Assembly (NCBI GenBank): GCA_951406725.2
Contig: OX597827.1
Coordinates: forward strand, 43,400,001-43,464,000
Direction: 5' to 3'
Source of the DNA: Octopus vulgaris
Lineage: Eukaryota
Length of the DNA: 64,000 nucleotides
Positions 13,120 to 24,509 of this stretch are shown here, piece after piece. The stretch's first letter is position 1. Every line of letters begins with the position of its first letter. A program made the translations under genes and the position numbers. The notes below the pieces were generated by a model that saw only the letters and a list, made by a program, of their open reading frames with translations, was not told the origin of the DNA and did not search any database.

Positions 13120-14355
13120 AGGCGCAGGCGTGGCTGTATGGTAAGAAGCTTCCTTCACAACCACATGGTTCCAGATTCAGTCCCATTGCGTGGCACCTTC
13201 GACTAATGTTTTTAATTATAGCGTCGGCTCGACCAAAGCCTTTTGAGTAAATTTGGTAGACGGAAACTGAAAGAAGTCTGTCATAAATGCTAGGGGGTGC
13301 CCAAAAGAAACCGGTATTTTGCAAAATTGTTTTATTCACTTACTTTTACATGTTTACATTCATATCGCCTTCAAAGTATTCTCTATTTGAAGCAATGCAT
13401 AGGTCCAGGCGCGTTTTCCACTACGCTGGATCTCTTGCTATGTAAAACATTTTAACACCTCCCTGGTTTTTTCTTCACCTCTTACACACCAGCTAGTTCC
13501 GTAGCACGAGCTTTTGTCATCAGTAGAAAAAATGTCCGGATCAACTTCAAACTGTTCTTTCAGTTTACAACACGCATTCAGTCGTGACTGCTTTTGATCT
13601 TCCGTGAGCAAGCAAGGCACAAATTTTGCTGCAATTCTTTTCATTTGCAATTCCTCGCTCAAAATTCGTTGGCAAGAGCTCCAGGATACACCAATCATAT
13701 CTACAACTTCGTCAATTGTTTGGTGACGATTCATGAATTTTCGTGATGTTTTCATTCGGCTGTTTTCATTTGACGGTCGACCTAAACAAGGTTGGTCTTT
13801 AAGCAACAAGTGACCATTCCTAAAACGTGAAAACAACTCGTAAACTTGTGTTTTGCTCATGGCGGCATCCTTGTAAGTTGCTTGAAGAACAACATCTGTT
13901 TCGGCCACAGTTTTCCTCAACAGAAAACAGAATTTCACGGAAGCAGACTGATTCTTAGCTTCAGCCATCACAAATATCGACGAATGGGAGGGAAGCACTG
14001 CAAAGACAAAGACGAACCATGTGGAAGTAGGGTGAAACAGGACGACTCCTGTCGGCAGAATGATGCCTGAGGGTTGTATCCAGTGACTTCTAGCGGCGGA
14101 AGCCTGAAACTTTCCGGTTAATTTTGGGTAGCCTCTTGTATATATATGTATATATATCTTTGTGTCTTTGAGTCTGTATATTCCCCACCCCATCCCTTGA
14201 TAAGTGGTTATGTCCCCATAACTTAGCGATTCGGCAAAATGGATCGATAGAATAAGGGGCAAAGCTTACAAAAATAATACACTCAACTAAAAATCCTTCA
14301 AGGCAGTGCCTCAGCGTGGCCGCAGTCTAATGACTGAAGCAAGTAAAAGGTAAAA
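13120..14355 (+). mobile_element. SINE A split by a mariner insertion (head 13120-13285, tail 14160-14355)
   Basis: The head ends GGAAACTGAAAGAAGTCTGTC. The tail resumes after the mariner with CTTAGCGATTCGGCAAAA...GGCCGCAGTCTAATGACTGAA. Confidence 0.8.
13292..14138 (-). mobile_element. Internally deleted mariner transposon with both TIRs
   Basis: Transposase N-terminus VKFCFLLRKTVAET..YKDAAMSKTQVYELFSRF..GRPS and MKRIAAKFVPCLLT. TIRs GGGGTGCCCAAAAGAAACCGG and CCGGTTAATTTTGGGTAGCCTC. Confidence 0.88.
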
Positions 14356-14823
14356 AATATAGCTGTGTGTGCGTATGTGTGCTTGTTGGGGGTGGGATGC
14401 GCGTTTGTGGGCGTATGTGTGCGTTTCCGTGTATCAGTGTGTCTGTCGTTGTCCTCCAGTACCACTTGGCAATCATTGTTGGTTCATTTGCTTCCCTGTA
14501 ACTTAGTGGTTCGGCAAATTAGGCTGATAGAATAAGCACCGAGTTCGATTTGTGCGACTAAATGCTTCAAGATAGTACTCCAGCATGGCCACAGCCCAGT
14601 AACTGAGGCAAGTAAAAGATTAAACAGAAACATCTCTCACAATTAAAACCCCATCGTTTTAAGGACAAGAAGGGAACATTGAGAGATCTAGCACTAGTCC
14701 TCAACCAGGGTTCACATCACCTTTGAGGTTCCCATGTACTTCTATGCCGCTAAGCATTTCGGCCGGCGTGCTAACGATTTCTGCCAGCTCACCGCCTTTA
14801 TAATAATAATAATAATAATAATG

Positions 14824-14879
<56 letters not shown>

Positions 14880-14880
<1 letters not shown>

Positions 14881-15363
14881 GTATAACCATCCTCAGAAAA
14901 GTTGTTGAAGGTAAACGATGTTAACCATACTCTGGGATTTTCCAGTCAACACTGACAGATACGAAATTAAGGCCAACAGACCAGACATAATTGTTAAAGA
15001 CAGGAAGAAAAAAAATGCTTTCTAATTGATGTATCAGTACTAGATGAGACGTGTAAAAGAAATGGAGAAACTCTCAAAATACCCTGGAAATAGAGGTAAC
15101 TAGAATGTGGAATCTGAAAACAGAAACAATTCCTATCATAGTAGGTGCATTAGGCATGATAAAAAAATATTCAGACAAATACATAACAAAAACACCAGGA
15201 CTTACAAACACATATAACATACAGAAAATTGCACTACTAGGCACTGCACATCCTACGAGAACACTTTCCATACAATAACCATCAGAGCATCACAACAAAT
15301 CACAGCACATACCCAAGGCACACAGAGCTGCGCTCGGTAGTGAAACAAAAACTGTAAAACCTG
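14880..15363 (+). mobile_element. R4/Dong 3' end (RLE domain plus 3' UTR) within (TAA)n
   Basis: ILWDF..ANRPDIIVKD..FLIDVS and MWNLKTETIPIIVGALG. The 3' UTR CCCAAGGCACACAGAGCTGCGCT is shared with 54265-54380. Confidence 0.88.
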
Positions 15364-15375
15364 AATAATAATAAC

Positions 15376-15410
<35 letters not shown>

Positions 15411-15437
15411 CAACAACAACAATAATATATAAAATAA

Positions 15438-15479
<42 letters not shown>

Positions 15480-15483
15480 TTAT

Positions 15484-16040
15484 TATAAACCTCAGCCAGT
15501 TGTTGAAGGTAAAGATGTCACCATCCTCTGGGATTTTCCAGTCAACACTGACAGAACGATCAAGGCTAATCGACCAGACATAATTGTTAAAGACAGGGAA
15601 GAAAATACCTGCAGACTAATAGAGGTAAGCGTCCCCACTGATAAAAATGTATCTGTAAAGGAGTTTGACAAACTTAGTAAATATAAGGACCTGGAAATCG
15701 AAATACAAAAGATGTGGAATCTTAAAACAAAAACTGTTCCTGTTATTGTAGGTGCCCTAGGTATGATAAAAAAGGGATGTCAGAAACACCTAGACAATAT
15801 CCCTGGAGAACCATGTCTCAAGGAAATCCAGAAGATTGTGCTAACAAGTACTGCCCACATCCTTAGAAAAACCCTATCAATGTAAATGTTTGTGTTTGTA
15901 TTACATGGAGATATTTCTCTACTTCCCCTCCCCAAGCTTTCAGCTATATTTCAACAACTCTTAACCTTCACTTGCCCTAGGGCGCTGGGTGTGCCCCGGC
16001 AAGTGATCGCATCAAACATGCAGATTAAAAGTAAATGACA
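15484..16040 (+). mobile_element. Second R4/Dong family, 3' end with uninterrupted RLE endonuclease frame (stop at 15883-15885)
   Basis: TILWDFPVNTDRTIKANRPDIIVKD..LIEVSVP..KEFDKLSKYKDLEIEIQKMW..VPVIVGALG..TAHILRKTLSM*. Confidence 0.92.
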
Positions 16041-16096
16041 ATAATAATAATAATGATAATAATAATATTAATGATGATGATGATGATGATGATGAT

Positions 16097-16623
16097 AAAT
16101 GCCCCGATGCAGTACCAGACAGTGGCTCTCGGGGCTTCTGATCTTGCCTGATTGGAAGTGTTAACATGCACATTGTTTTGTCTTGGTATAAAAGATGGGC
16201 TACAGCAAATATCCTGTTCAATACCACAGAGTTGCTTGTCAGTTGTTTGATCAACACCAGTTGAGTATTTCCCTTAGTAGCTGACGATATGTGCATCTCT
16301 GATCACGAGCAGAAGTGAGGGATTCTTTGGGGTTTGAATAATTCACTTCTGGAAACATGGGTGTTTCGTTCAACATCTTTAAACAACCCTTATTCAGGGA
16401 CCTTTTGAGCGGGATGGGCTACTCGACCAGAAGAAAATTCTAACTGGGCCCCACCTGCAAGGTCATGCGCTGTTTATCTTGATATGAGATCACCATTTCG
16501 CGCACATATGGTTGTGATGCATATGCCTAGTGTACCCTGATCAGACAGGTAGTCATGATGGTTATACTGGACTTCGTATATTTTAACCCAGAGTCACTTT
16601 GATGGCATGCACTGATCTCTCAC

Positions 16624-16625
<2 letters not shown>
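16097..16625. mobile_element. Non-coding (TAA)n-associated repeat, near full length (copy 2)
   Basis: Collinear with 6365-6845; both ends run into TAA/TGA repeats. Confidence 0.85.
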
Positions 16626-16693
<68 letters not shown>

Positions 16694-16694
<1 letters not shown>

Positions 16695-16875
16695 CCTTTC
16701 TACTGAAGGAACAGGGCCTGAAATTTTGGGGGAGGAGGATAGTTGATTAAATCGACCCCAGTGCTCAACTGGTCCTTATTTCATCGACTTCAAAAGGATA
16801 AAAGTCGAGGTCGACCTCGCTGGAATTTCAACTCATAACGTGAAGACAGGCAAAAACCGCCGAGCATTTTGCCTT
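16694..16875 (-). mobile_element. SINE B, alternative-tail variant
   Basis: GGCCTGAAATTTTGGGGGAGG tail plus GTCGACCTCGCTGGAATTTCAACTC. Confidence 0.75.
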
Positions 16876-17293
16876 AATAATAATAATAAAAATAATGACA
16901 GCAAAAAGAGCAGCCATAATACCATCTACAACAGTAGCAACCACAATGCCAACAGCAGCAACAACCACACAGATAACAGCAACAATTGCCATGACAACAA
17001 CGAGAACAACAACTGCAATAAAATTTGGAGCACCAAGACACGCAGCAGCACTAACTGCAATCAGAATGCAATAAACAACGATGGATCTGTAATAATTATG
17101 TTTCGTCACACTTCGTCCGTGCTGTATCGTTCGACAACGGCTTAAGGCATTAATATTAATGAGGCGAAGGAATGTTCCTGATTAATGTGGAGCCTACGGC
17201 TGACAAGTCATGGGTACGGGTTTCGATTCTAGGTTTCGGGACAAATCCATTTCATTCGACTTCTTGAATGTTACAAACATCATTGTTACATAA

Positions 17294-17346
<53 letters not shown>

Positions 17347-17502
17347 GAATATATGTATGTATAGATATATAAGCACACGCACATATATGTACATATACCT
17401 GTATGATATCTTATTAAACCTGAAAAGTTTCACTGTCAGGGTTTCACGTAAGCGATCATCAGATATTTTTTGTGTGCATATATGCACATATACATACATA
17501 CA

Positions 17503-17569
<67 letters not shown>

Positions 17570-17577
17570 GTATGTAT

Positions 17578-17939
17578 TCTCTTGTTTTTAGTAACTTGAT
17601 TGCGACCATGCTGGGGCACCGTCTTGAAGGGTTTTAGTCGAGCAAATCGACACTAAGACTTTTTGTAAGCTTAGTAGTTACTCTGTGGGTCTATTTTACC
17701 CAACTGCTAAGTTACGGGGGACATTAACACACCAACACCGGCTGTCAAGTAGTGGTGATGGCGGTTGACAAACACAGATGCAAAAACACGCACGCACACA
17801 CACACACATATATATATATACATATATATGTATATATATATAGTTTATATATATAGTTTATATGTATGCATACATATATACCTATATACGTATATACATA
17901 CAAATATATATATATATATATATACTTACATCCATATAC

Positions 17940-17989
<50 letters not shown>

Positions 17990-18152
17990 ACGGGCTTCTT
18001 TCAGTTTCTGACTACCAAGTCTACTGTCAAGGCTTTGGCCGGCCTGCGGCTAATGTAGAAGACGCCTGCCTTAAGGTGCCACACAGTGAGTCTGAACCCG
18101 GAATCATGTGGTTAGGAAGCAACCTTCTTACTGCTCAGCCACACCTGCGCCT
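17578..18152 (-). mobile_element. SINE A with expanded central microsatellite
   Basis: Tail 17578-17780, (TA/CA)n core, head 17988-18152. Confidence 0.8.
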
Positions 18153-18935
18153 ATATATTGTATTAGTATATATTTTTGTTTTACACTCACACATCTACAC
18201 ACATACACGTGTTTTACATACGCACATTCTTATCTATGTACGAGTATGTATGTATGCATGTGTATATGTATGTGTCTGTGTAAGTATGTGAATGAGTGAC
18301 TGTGCATGCGTCTGTTTTTATCTATGCCGCTGTCCTATTTTACAACTTATGAGACACAACAAAGAATTAACCACACCTTAATTTAATGAAAAACAAAATA
18401 AGCGGAAACAAGAAGAATAAAAAATAAAATACCCATAAAAAGATAAACAATTATGAGAAAAATACTTTTATTTCTAAGAAAATAAAGAAATAAACCCTTC
18501 ACAAATACACATTATTCACTTTAGCTCCTCTTCTTTCCCCTTCATCATCGTAAAGTCATAGTTATATGGGTAACATTATTTAAAGTTACTCGGCTATGTA
18601 CTCACCTTCCTAAGTTAATAGGCTAATTTATACATACATACATACATACATACATACATACATACATACATACAGCAAGACAAGGCAAAACATACAAATC
18701 TGAGCATATAATACATCCATACAAACAAAAATACCCTGTTGTTGATGTTGAGATTCCAATGAAGAGTCTTGGATCTAGGTTAGAAACCGGCTCTTTCTAT
18801 ATTACTCTTTTACTCTTTTTTTTTTTGTTTCAGTCATTTGATTTCAGCCACACAGGGGCACCGCCTTTAGTCGAACAAATCTGCCTCCGGACTTATTCTT
18901 TGTAAGCCTAGTACTTACAGAGAAAAAAATGTGTG

Positions 18936-19003
<68 letters not shown>

Positions 19004-19005
19004 AG

Positions 19006-19055
<50 letters not shown>

Positions 19056-19114
19056 CATTCGCCATGATTGATCGCCTGGCATTTTCATTTTCTCTATCTG
19101 CTTATTTCTGTGTT

Positions 19115-19152
19115 CCTTTCTGTTGAAGAGCGTAGGCTCGAAGCGTAAGTAA
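19115..19152 (+). ncRNA. Degenerate copy of the CUGUUGA hammerhead-like motif
   Basis: CTTT-CTGTTGA-A-GAGC gtag GCTC-GAAGCGTA. Confidence 0.55.
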
Positions 19153-19702
19153 CTTTCTCACTTCCTGGCGTTAAACTAATACACCCGTTTGTTGCTTACA
19201 AACCCGTCTTCGTCTTTTTTTTTTTTTTTTTTTAAATTCCAACTATATACATCCATACACATACACACATACACATACACACACATATATATATGTATAT
19301 ATGTATGTATGTATATATTGTCACCACCACAAGCATCAAGAACTTCAACGGCACCACTGCCACCTCTGCCACCACTGTCACCACTGCCACCACCACCACC
19401 ACCACCACCACCACCACCACCACTACCAGCACCACTACCACTATCACCACCGCCACCTCCGCCATCACCACCACCATTATCATCATCATCATCATCACCA
19501 CCACCACTACCATCACCACCACTATCCCACCATTATCCCGCCACCACCACCATTATATATACATATATATATATGTATATATACACATATATATATATAT
19601 ATGTTTATATACATATATATACACGTGTAAGTGGACAAACGAAAGAAGGGCACTCACTATATTTATTGGGAGTTACATGTATGGATCAAAATAGTTTGGT
19701 TT

Positions 19703-19808
19703 AGATTCCTTTAGTACTCCGAGTTTCAAACCTAATCCTCAGCCATTCAAATTTCTAATGGCTGAGGATTAGCATCGCGCTTTGAAACTCGGGGTACCGA
19801 AGAATTTG
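19703..19808. ncRNA. Inverted repeat made of two divergent hammerhead-like motifs
   Basis: Plus strand: GG-CTGAGGA-TTAGC atcgc GCTTT-GAAAC TCGGG GTA-CC. Minus strand: GG-CTGAGGA-TTAGGTTT-GAAAC TCGGA GTA-CT. Confidence 0.65.
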
Positions 19809-19827
19809 ATTAAGGCTGTTTATATAT

Positions 19828-20250
19828 GTGGCGCAGGTGTGGCTGTGTGGCAAGAAGTTTGCTTCCCAAGCCTATGGTTCCGAGTTCAGTTTCACTGCGT
19901 AGCATTTTGGGCAAATGTCTTCTAATACAGCCTCGGGCCGACCAAAGCTTTGCGAGAGGATTTGGAAGACGGAAATTGAAAGAAAGCCGCCTTCTGTGTG
20001 TGTGTGTGTGTGTGTGTATTTGTGCGTGTGTATGTGTGTGTGTCTTTGTGGCTGCGTTTGACCCCTCCTCCATCGCTTGACAAGCGATATTGGTGTGTTG
20101 TTTATGTCCCCAAACTTTAGTGGTTCGGCCAAAGAGTCTGATAGAATAAGTAGTTGGCTTGCAAAGAATAAGACCTGGAGTCGATTTCTTCGACAAAAGG
20201 TGGTGCCCCAGCATGGCCGAAGTCGAATGCCTGAAACGAGGAAAAGAGGA
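19828..20250 (+). mobile_element. SINE A, full length
   Basis: Head GGCGCAGGTGTGGCTGTGTGG, central (TG)n, tail CCCCAGCATGGCCG. Confidence 0.85.
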
Positions 20251-21337
20251 AAAGAGCAAATATGATCATTTGTCACCACTACAAACACCAAGAACTCCAG
20301 CGGCACCACCACAACGAGTATCACTATTACACTATCGTCACCATCACTACTACCATCTCTGCCGACACTGCCACCATCCAACCATGAAGAACTCCGACCC
20401 CACCATCTGCTCGGACCACCCTCAACACCACCAATACCATCACTATCACTTCTACCAACATAATCAGTCATACTACCACTACCACCACCGCTACCGTCAT
20501 CATCATCACCACTCCCACCACCATCATCATCATCACCACTACTACCATCACCACCACTATCCCACCGCCACTATTGTCATCATCATCAGTATTATCACCA
20601 CCACCACCACCACCACCATGATCATGATGATGATGATCATCATCATCATCACCACCATCACCATTATCATTATCCTCATCATGAAATCACCACCACCACT
20701 ACAACCATCGATCAAGAACCCCGATGTCACCATCGCAACAACCATCACCACTACCCACCAACACCATCATCGCCACCACCAACGCTGAAGTTACTACCAC
20801 CATTACCACCGCCGCCACCACAACTGCCACCACTGACACCATCCAACCACGAAAAATAACCCCCACGATGCTACCATCATCCACACCACCACAGCTACTT
20901 CAACTTCAATTGCCTACATTACTCTTTTGTTAAAATGTCGGTTGACAAGGTGAATTGAAGGCTTGTTACTATGTCTTTAAAATTGCTTGTCACTGTACTC
21001 AATATAGTTGTCATAAGATTAAGATCATATGTTAGGGTCGTATCGAATAGAAACGCCTTTATCGTAATATATCGCATTCTTTTTTATTTTTTTATATTTT
21101 TTCAATGTGTTTTTCAGGTAAAAGGAAAACAAAAGTGTGCCTTGGAAGGTGGCGAAAATTGGGTAGCGTGTGTTTTTGTTGTCCGTGTGTGTATGTGTAT
21201 GTTGTTTGTGTATGTCTGTATTACTGGGCGTATGTGTTTAGATATGTATGGCTACGGGCGTGTGTATACGCATTCATCCAGACGTCAATCTCTTCCAATT
21301 TTTCTCTGTTCATATACATCTTTATATACATACATGC

Positions 21338-21404
<67 letters not shown>

Positions 21405-21741
21405 TGTGTGTGTGTGTGTGTGTGTGTATGCAACACTGATTCTTATATATTTATATATATTATATGATGTTTATTTATTTATATATCATTATATTTTTAA
21501 ACGTCGGACTTTATATTTACTTCTGTTCTGTAGATATAAATGAATATATTAATATATGTATGTGCTTGATCTTTCTGTGTGGATTTTAGTAATGTTCCTT
21601 TAGCTACTGCTTTTAATGCATTGGTTGCGCTCAGATTAAGAAGTGGCATATAGAGCTTATTTGGAGCACTACTACTCCAGTCTGTTTTATATTTTGAGTA
21701 TTGTTATTACTAACTATCTCAAGATATAATTGAGTATTTCG

Positions 21742-21791
<50 letters not shown>

Positions 21792-21792
21792 A

Positions 21793-22165
21793 ATGGAAGC
21801 ACTCCGTCGGTTACGACGACGAGGGTTCCGGTTGATCCGAATCAACGGAACAGCCTGCTCGTGAAATTAACGTGTAAGTGGCTGAGCACTCCACAGACAC
21901 GTGTACCCTTAACGTAGTTCTCGGGGATATTCAGCGTGACACAGAAAGTGACAAGGCCGGCCCTTTGAAATACAGGTACAACAGAAACAGGAAGTAAGAG
22001 TGAGAGAAATTTGTGGTGAAAGAGTACAGCAGGGATCACCACCATCCCCTGCCGGAGCCTCGTGGAGCTTTAGGTGTTTTCGCTCAATAAACACTCACAA
22101 CGCCCGGTCTGGGAATCGAAACCGCGATCCTATGACCGCGAGTCCGCTGCCCTAACCACTGGGCC
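21793..22165 (-). mobile_element. SINE family C (tRNA-Arg-like head), long-tail variant
   Basis: Reverse complement head GGCCCAGTGGTTAGGGCAGCGGACTCGCGG (TCG in the anticodon position); 3' end CCCTCGTCGTCGTAACCGACGGAGTGCTTCCA. Confidence 0.85.
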
Positions 22166-22167
22166 GA

Positions 22168-22325
22168 CAGGCTTATTTCAGTTTGTCTACCAAATCCACT
22201 CACAAGGCTTTGGTCGGCCCGAGGCTATATTAGAAGACACTTGCCCAAGGTGCCACGCATGGAACTGAATCTGGAACAGTGTGGCTGGTAAGCAAGCTAC
22301 TTACCACACTGCCACTCCTACGCCT
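22168..22325 (-). mobile_element. SINE A head
   Basis: Matches 1357-1510. Confidence 0.85.
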
Positions 22326-22369
22326 ATATTTAGGATAATCTACTTTCACCTTTTTTACGACGGTAAACT

Positions 22370-22900
22370 GCTTTCTATCCTACATGGTGATCGCCTGATG
22401 GCAATGCAAACATGGAAATTGACTATGTTTGCATCAGTGGAACTTGTGTACAAGATTTCTGACTCCACCAAGGTATCGTGTTGATCAGAAGATCATTCGG
22501 TGAAAATGACAATGAAGCTTGAACTAAGGAGGAGAAAAGAAAAGAAAAGAAATCAGTAGAAAGACTAAAGGACACTAAAACAGCAGAGCTGTACTAGTTA
22601 CAGTTGAAGAACACATTTCAGCCTTCACTGAACCTCGCCAGTGTTAATTAGTAGCGGATTACAATCCATAAAAAAACTGCAGAACGTATTAACGGTTGTG
22701 GAAGAGATCAAGAAAGATGCAGTAGACGAAGGAAGGATTATAGAATTTAATCGATCGCTGTTTGGATGAGATGAATAGAGAAGAAGCACGACAAAGAATA
22801 CAATACAAAGACAATGAAAAACATATTTATCACCACTTACCTTGCTAGAAACGACCGGAAACAATGGGTTGTGAAGTATTATCTGAAGAAGCACATTATT
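22370..22900 (+). mobile_element. Highly decayed LINE AP-endonuclease fragment (RTE-like)
   Basis: PTW*SPDGNANMEIDYVCIS resembles the TWxSPDG...IDY motif. Confidence 0.6.
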
Positions 22901-23021
22901 GCGAAACTACTGTTAGTAATATAAAGAACGGATAGCTAGCGAATAAACAGAGACATATTGTACATTGTTCTCTGCAATTTATCATTCCGTTTCCTTTTGC
23001 TCAATATTGCATATATAAATA

Positions 23022-23368
23022 CAGTGTACATTTAAACACATAAGAGGTATCCATCATAGGATTACCTGCACGCTAGAGAGGACAGTTAAATTCCAAACCA
23101 CTATTAGGGATAAAATTTCGAATGAAATGAAAAATAAAAAAATTTACCATCTAACTCGTGGACCAATGGCTTCAGACGACATTTTTTAGCAAATAAAATA
23201 ATTGGCAAAAATGTCTGAAACCATTGCTCCTGGAGTTAGATGGTAAATGTTTTTATTTTTCATTTCATTCGATATTTTATCCTTAATAGTGGTTTGGAAT
23301 TTAACTGTTCTCTCCAGCGTGCAGGTAGTCCTATGATGGATACTTCTTATGTGTTTAAATGTACACTG
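23022..23368. mobile_element. Foldback MITE, Tc1/mariner type (CAGTG...CACTG termini, TA target duplication)
   Basis: Nearly the whole element is an imperfect palindrome with arms of ~160 bp; TA flanks both ends. Confidence 0.88.
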
Positions 23369-23452
23369 TATCTATAGAAATAATATATAGTCTATTGACT
23401 AAATTTTTATACTCTAGGCCACTGGTAATGGAAATTTCTAATATTTCAAATG

Positions 23453-23486
<34 letters not shown>

Positions 23487-23488
<2 letters not shown>

Positions 23489-23671
23489 TTACTTGTTTCA
23501 ATTATTTGACTGTGGCCATGCTGGAGCACCGCCTTTAGTCGAGCAAATCGACCCCGGGACTTATTCTTTGTAAGCCCAGTACTTATTCTATCGGTCTCTT
23601 TTGCCGAACCGTTAAGTGACGGGGGACGTAAACACACCAGCATCAGTTGTCAAGCAATGCTAGTGGGACAA

Positions 23672-23680
<9 letters not shown>
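23487..23680 (-). mobile_element. SINE A 3' half
   Basis: Near-identical to 40425-40620. Confidence 0.9.
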
Positions 23681-23759
<79 letters not shown>

Positions 23760-24019
23760 ATATGTATGTATGTATGCATGTATGTATGTATGTATGTATA
23801 TGGGTGAGTGGACAAACGGGAGGAAGAGGCACTCCACACATTTAGTAGGAGATACATATATATTTATTTAAAACAGTTTAATTCGGCTTCATGCGGCTCA
23901 AAGTTACTTTCGGAAGCTTTAGCTCATCAGGTTCAGTTGACTGGGTTCGACGAGCAAGGATTTTGTAACAAGTTCACGAAATTGTAAGTCGCATGGGGTC
24001 GACTCAAACCCTTTTCAAT

Positions 24020-24244
24020 AATGGTAATAGTAAGAATAATAATGATAATAATAATAATGATAATAATAATAATAATAACGACAACAATAATAATAACAAT
24101 AACAATAATAACAACAATAATAATAATAATAAAAATAACAATAATAATAATAACCATAATAATACTACCAATATTAATGATAATAATATTAATAATAATA
24201 AGAACAACAACAACCCTAATAATAAGATAATAATAACAATAATG

Positions 24245-24305
<61 letters not shown>

Positions 24306-24400
24306 CAACAATAATTAGGATAATGATGATGATGATGATGATAATGATAATCATGATGATGATCATGATGATGATCATGATGATCATGATCATGATCATG
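24020..24400. repeat. (TAA/CAA/TGA)n microsatellite
   Basis: Direct reading. Confidence 0.95.
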
Positions 24401-24509
24401 GTGGTCGCTCTTGTCGATTTCGTCGCATGAGTGTTTGAAAGAGAGGTCTTAAAGAAAGGGAAAAAAAGAAGAAAAAAGTGGGAAAACAAGTTTTAAAAGG
24501 AAAAGGACA

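Noticed and set aside
13438-14262. 274-aa ORF as a functional or domesticated transposase
   Set aside because: Its N-terminus is SINE/TIR read-through and the catalytic DD34D domain is deleted.
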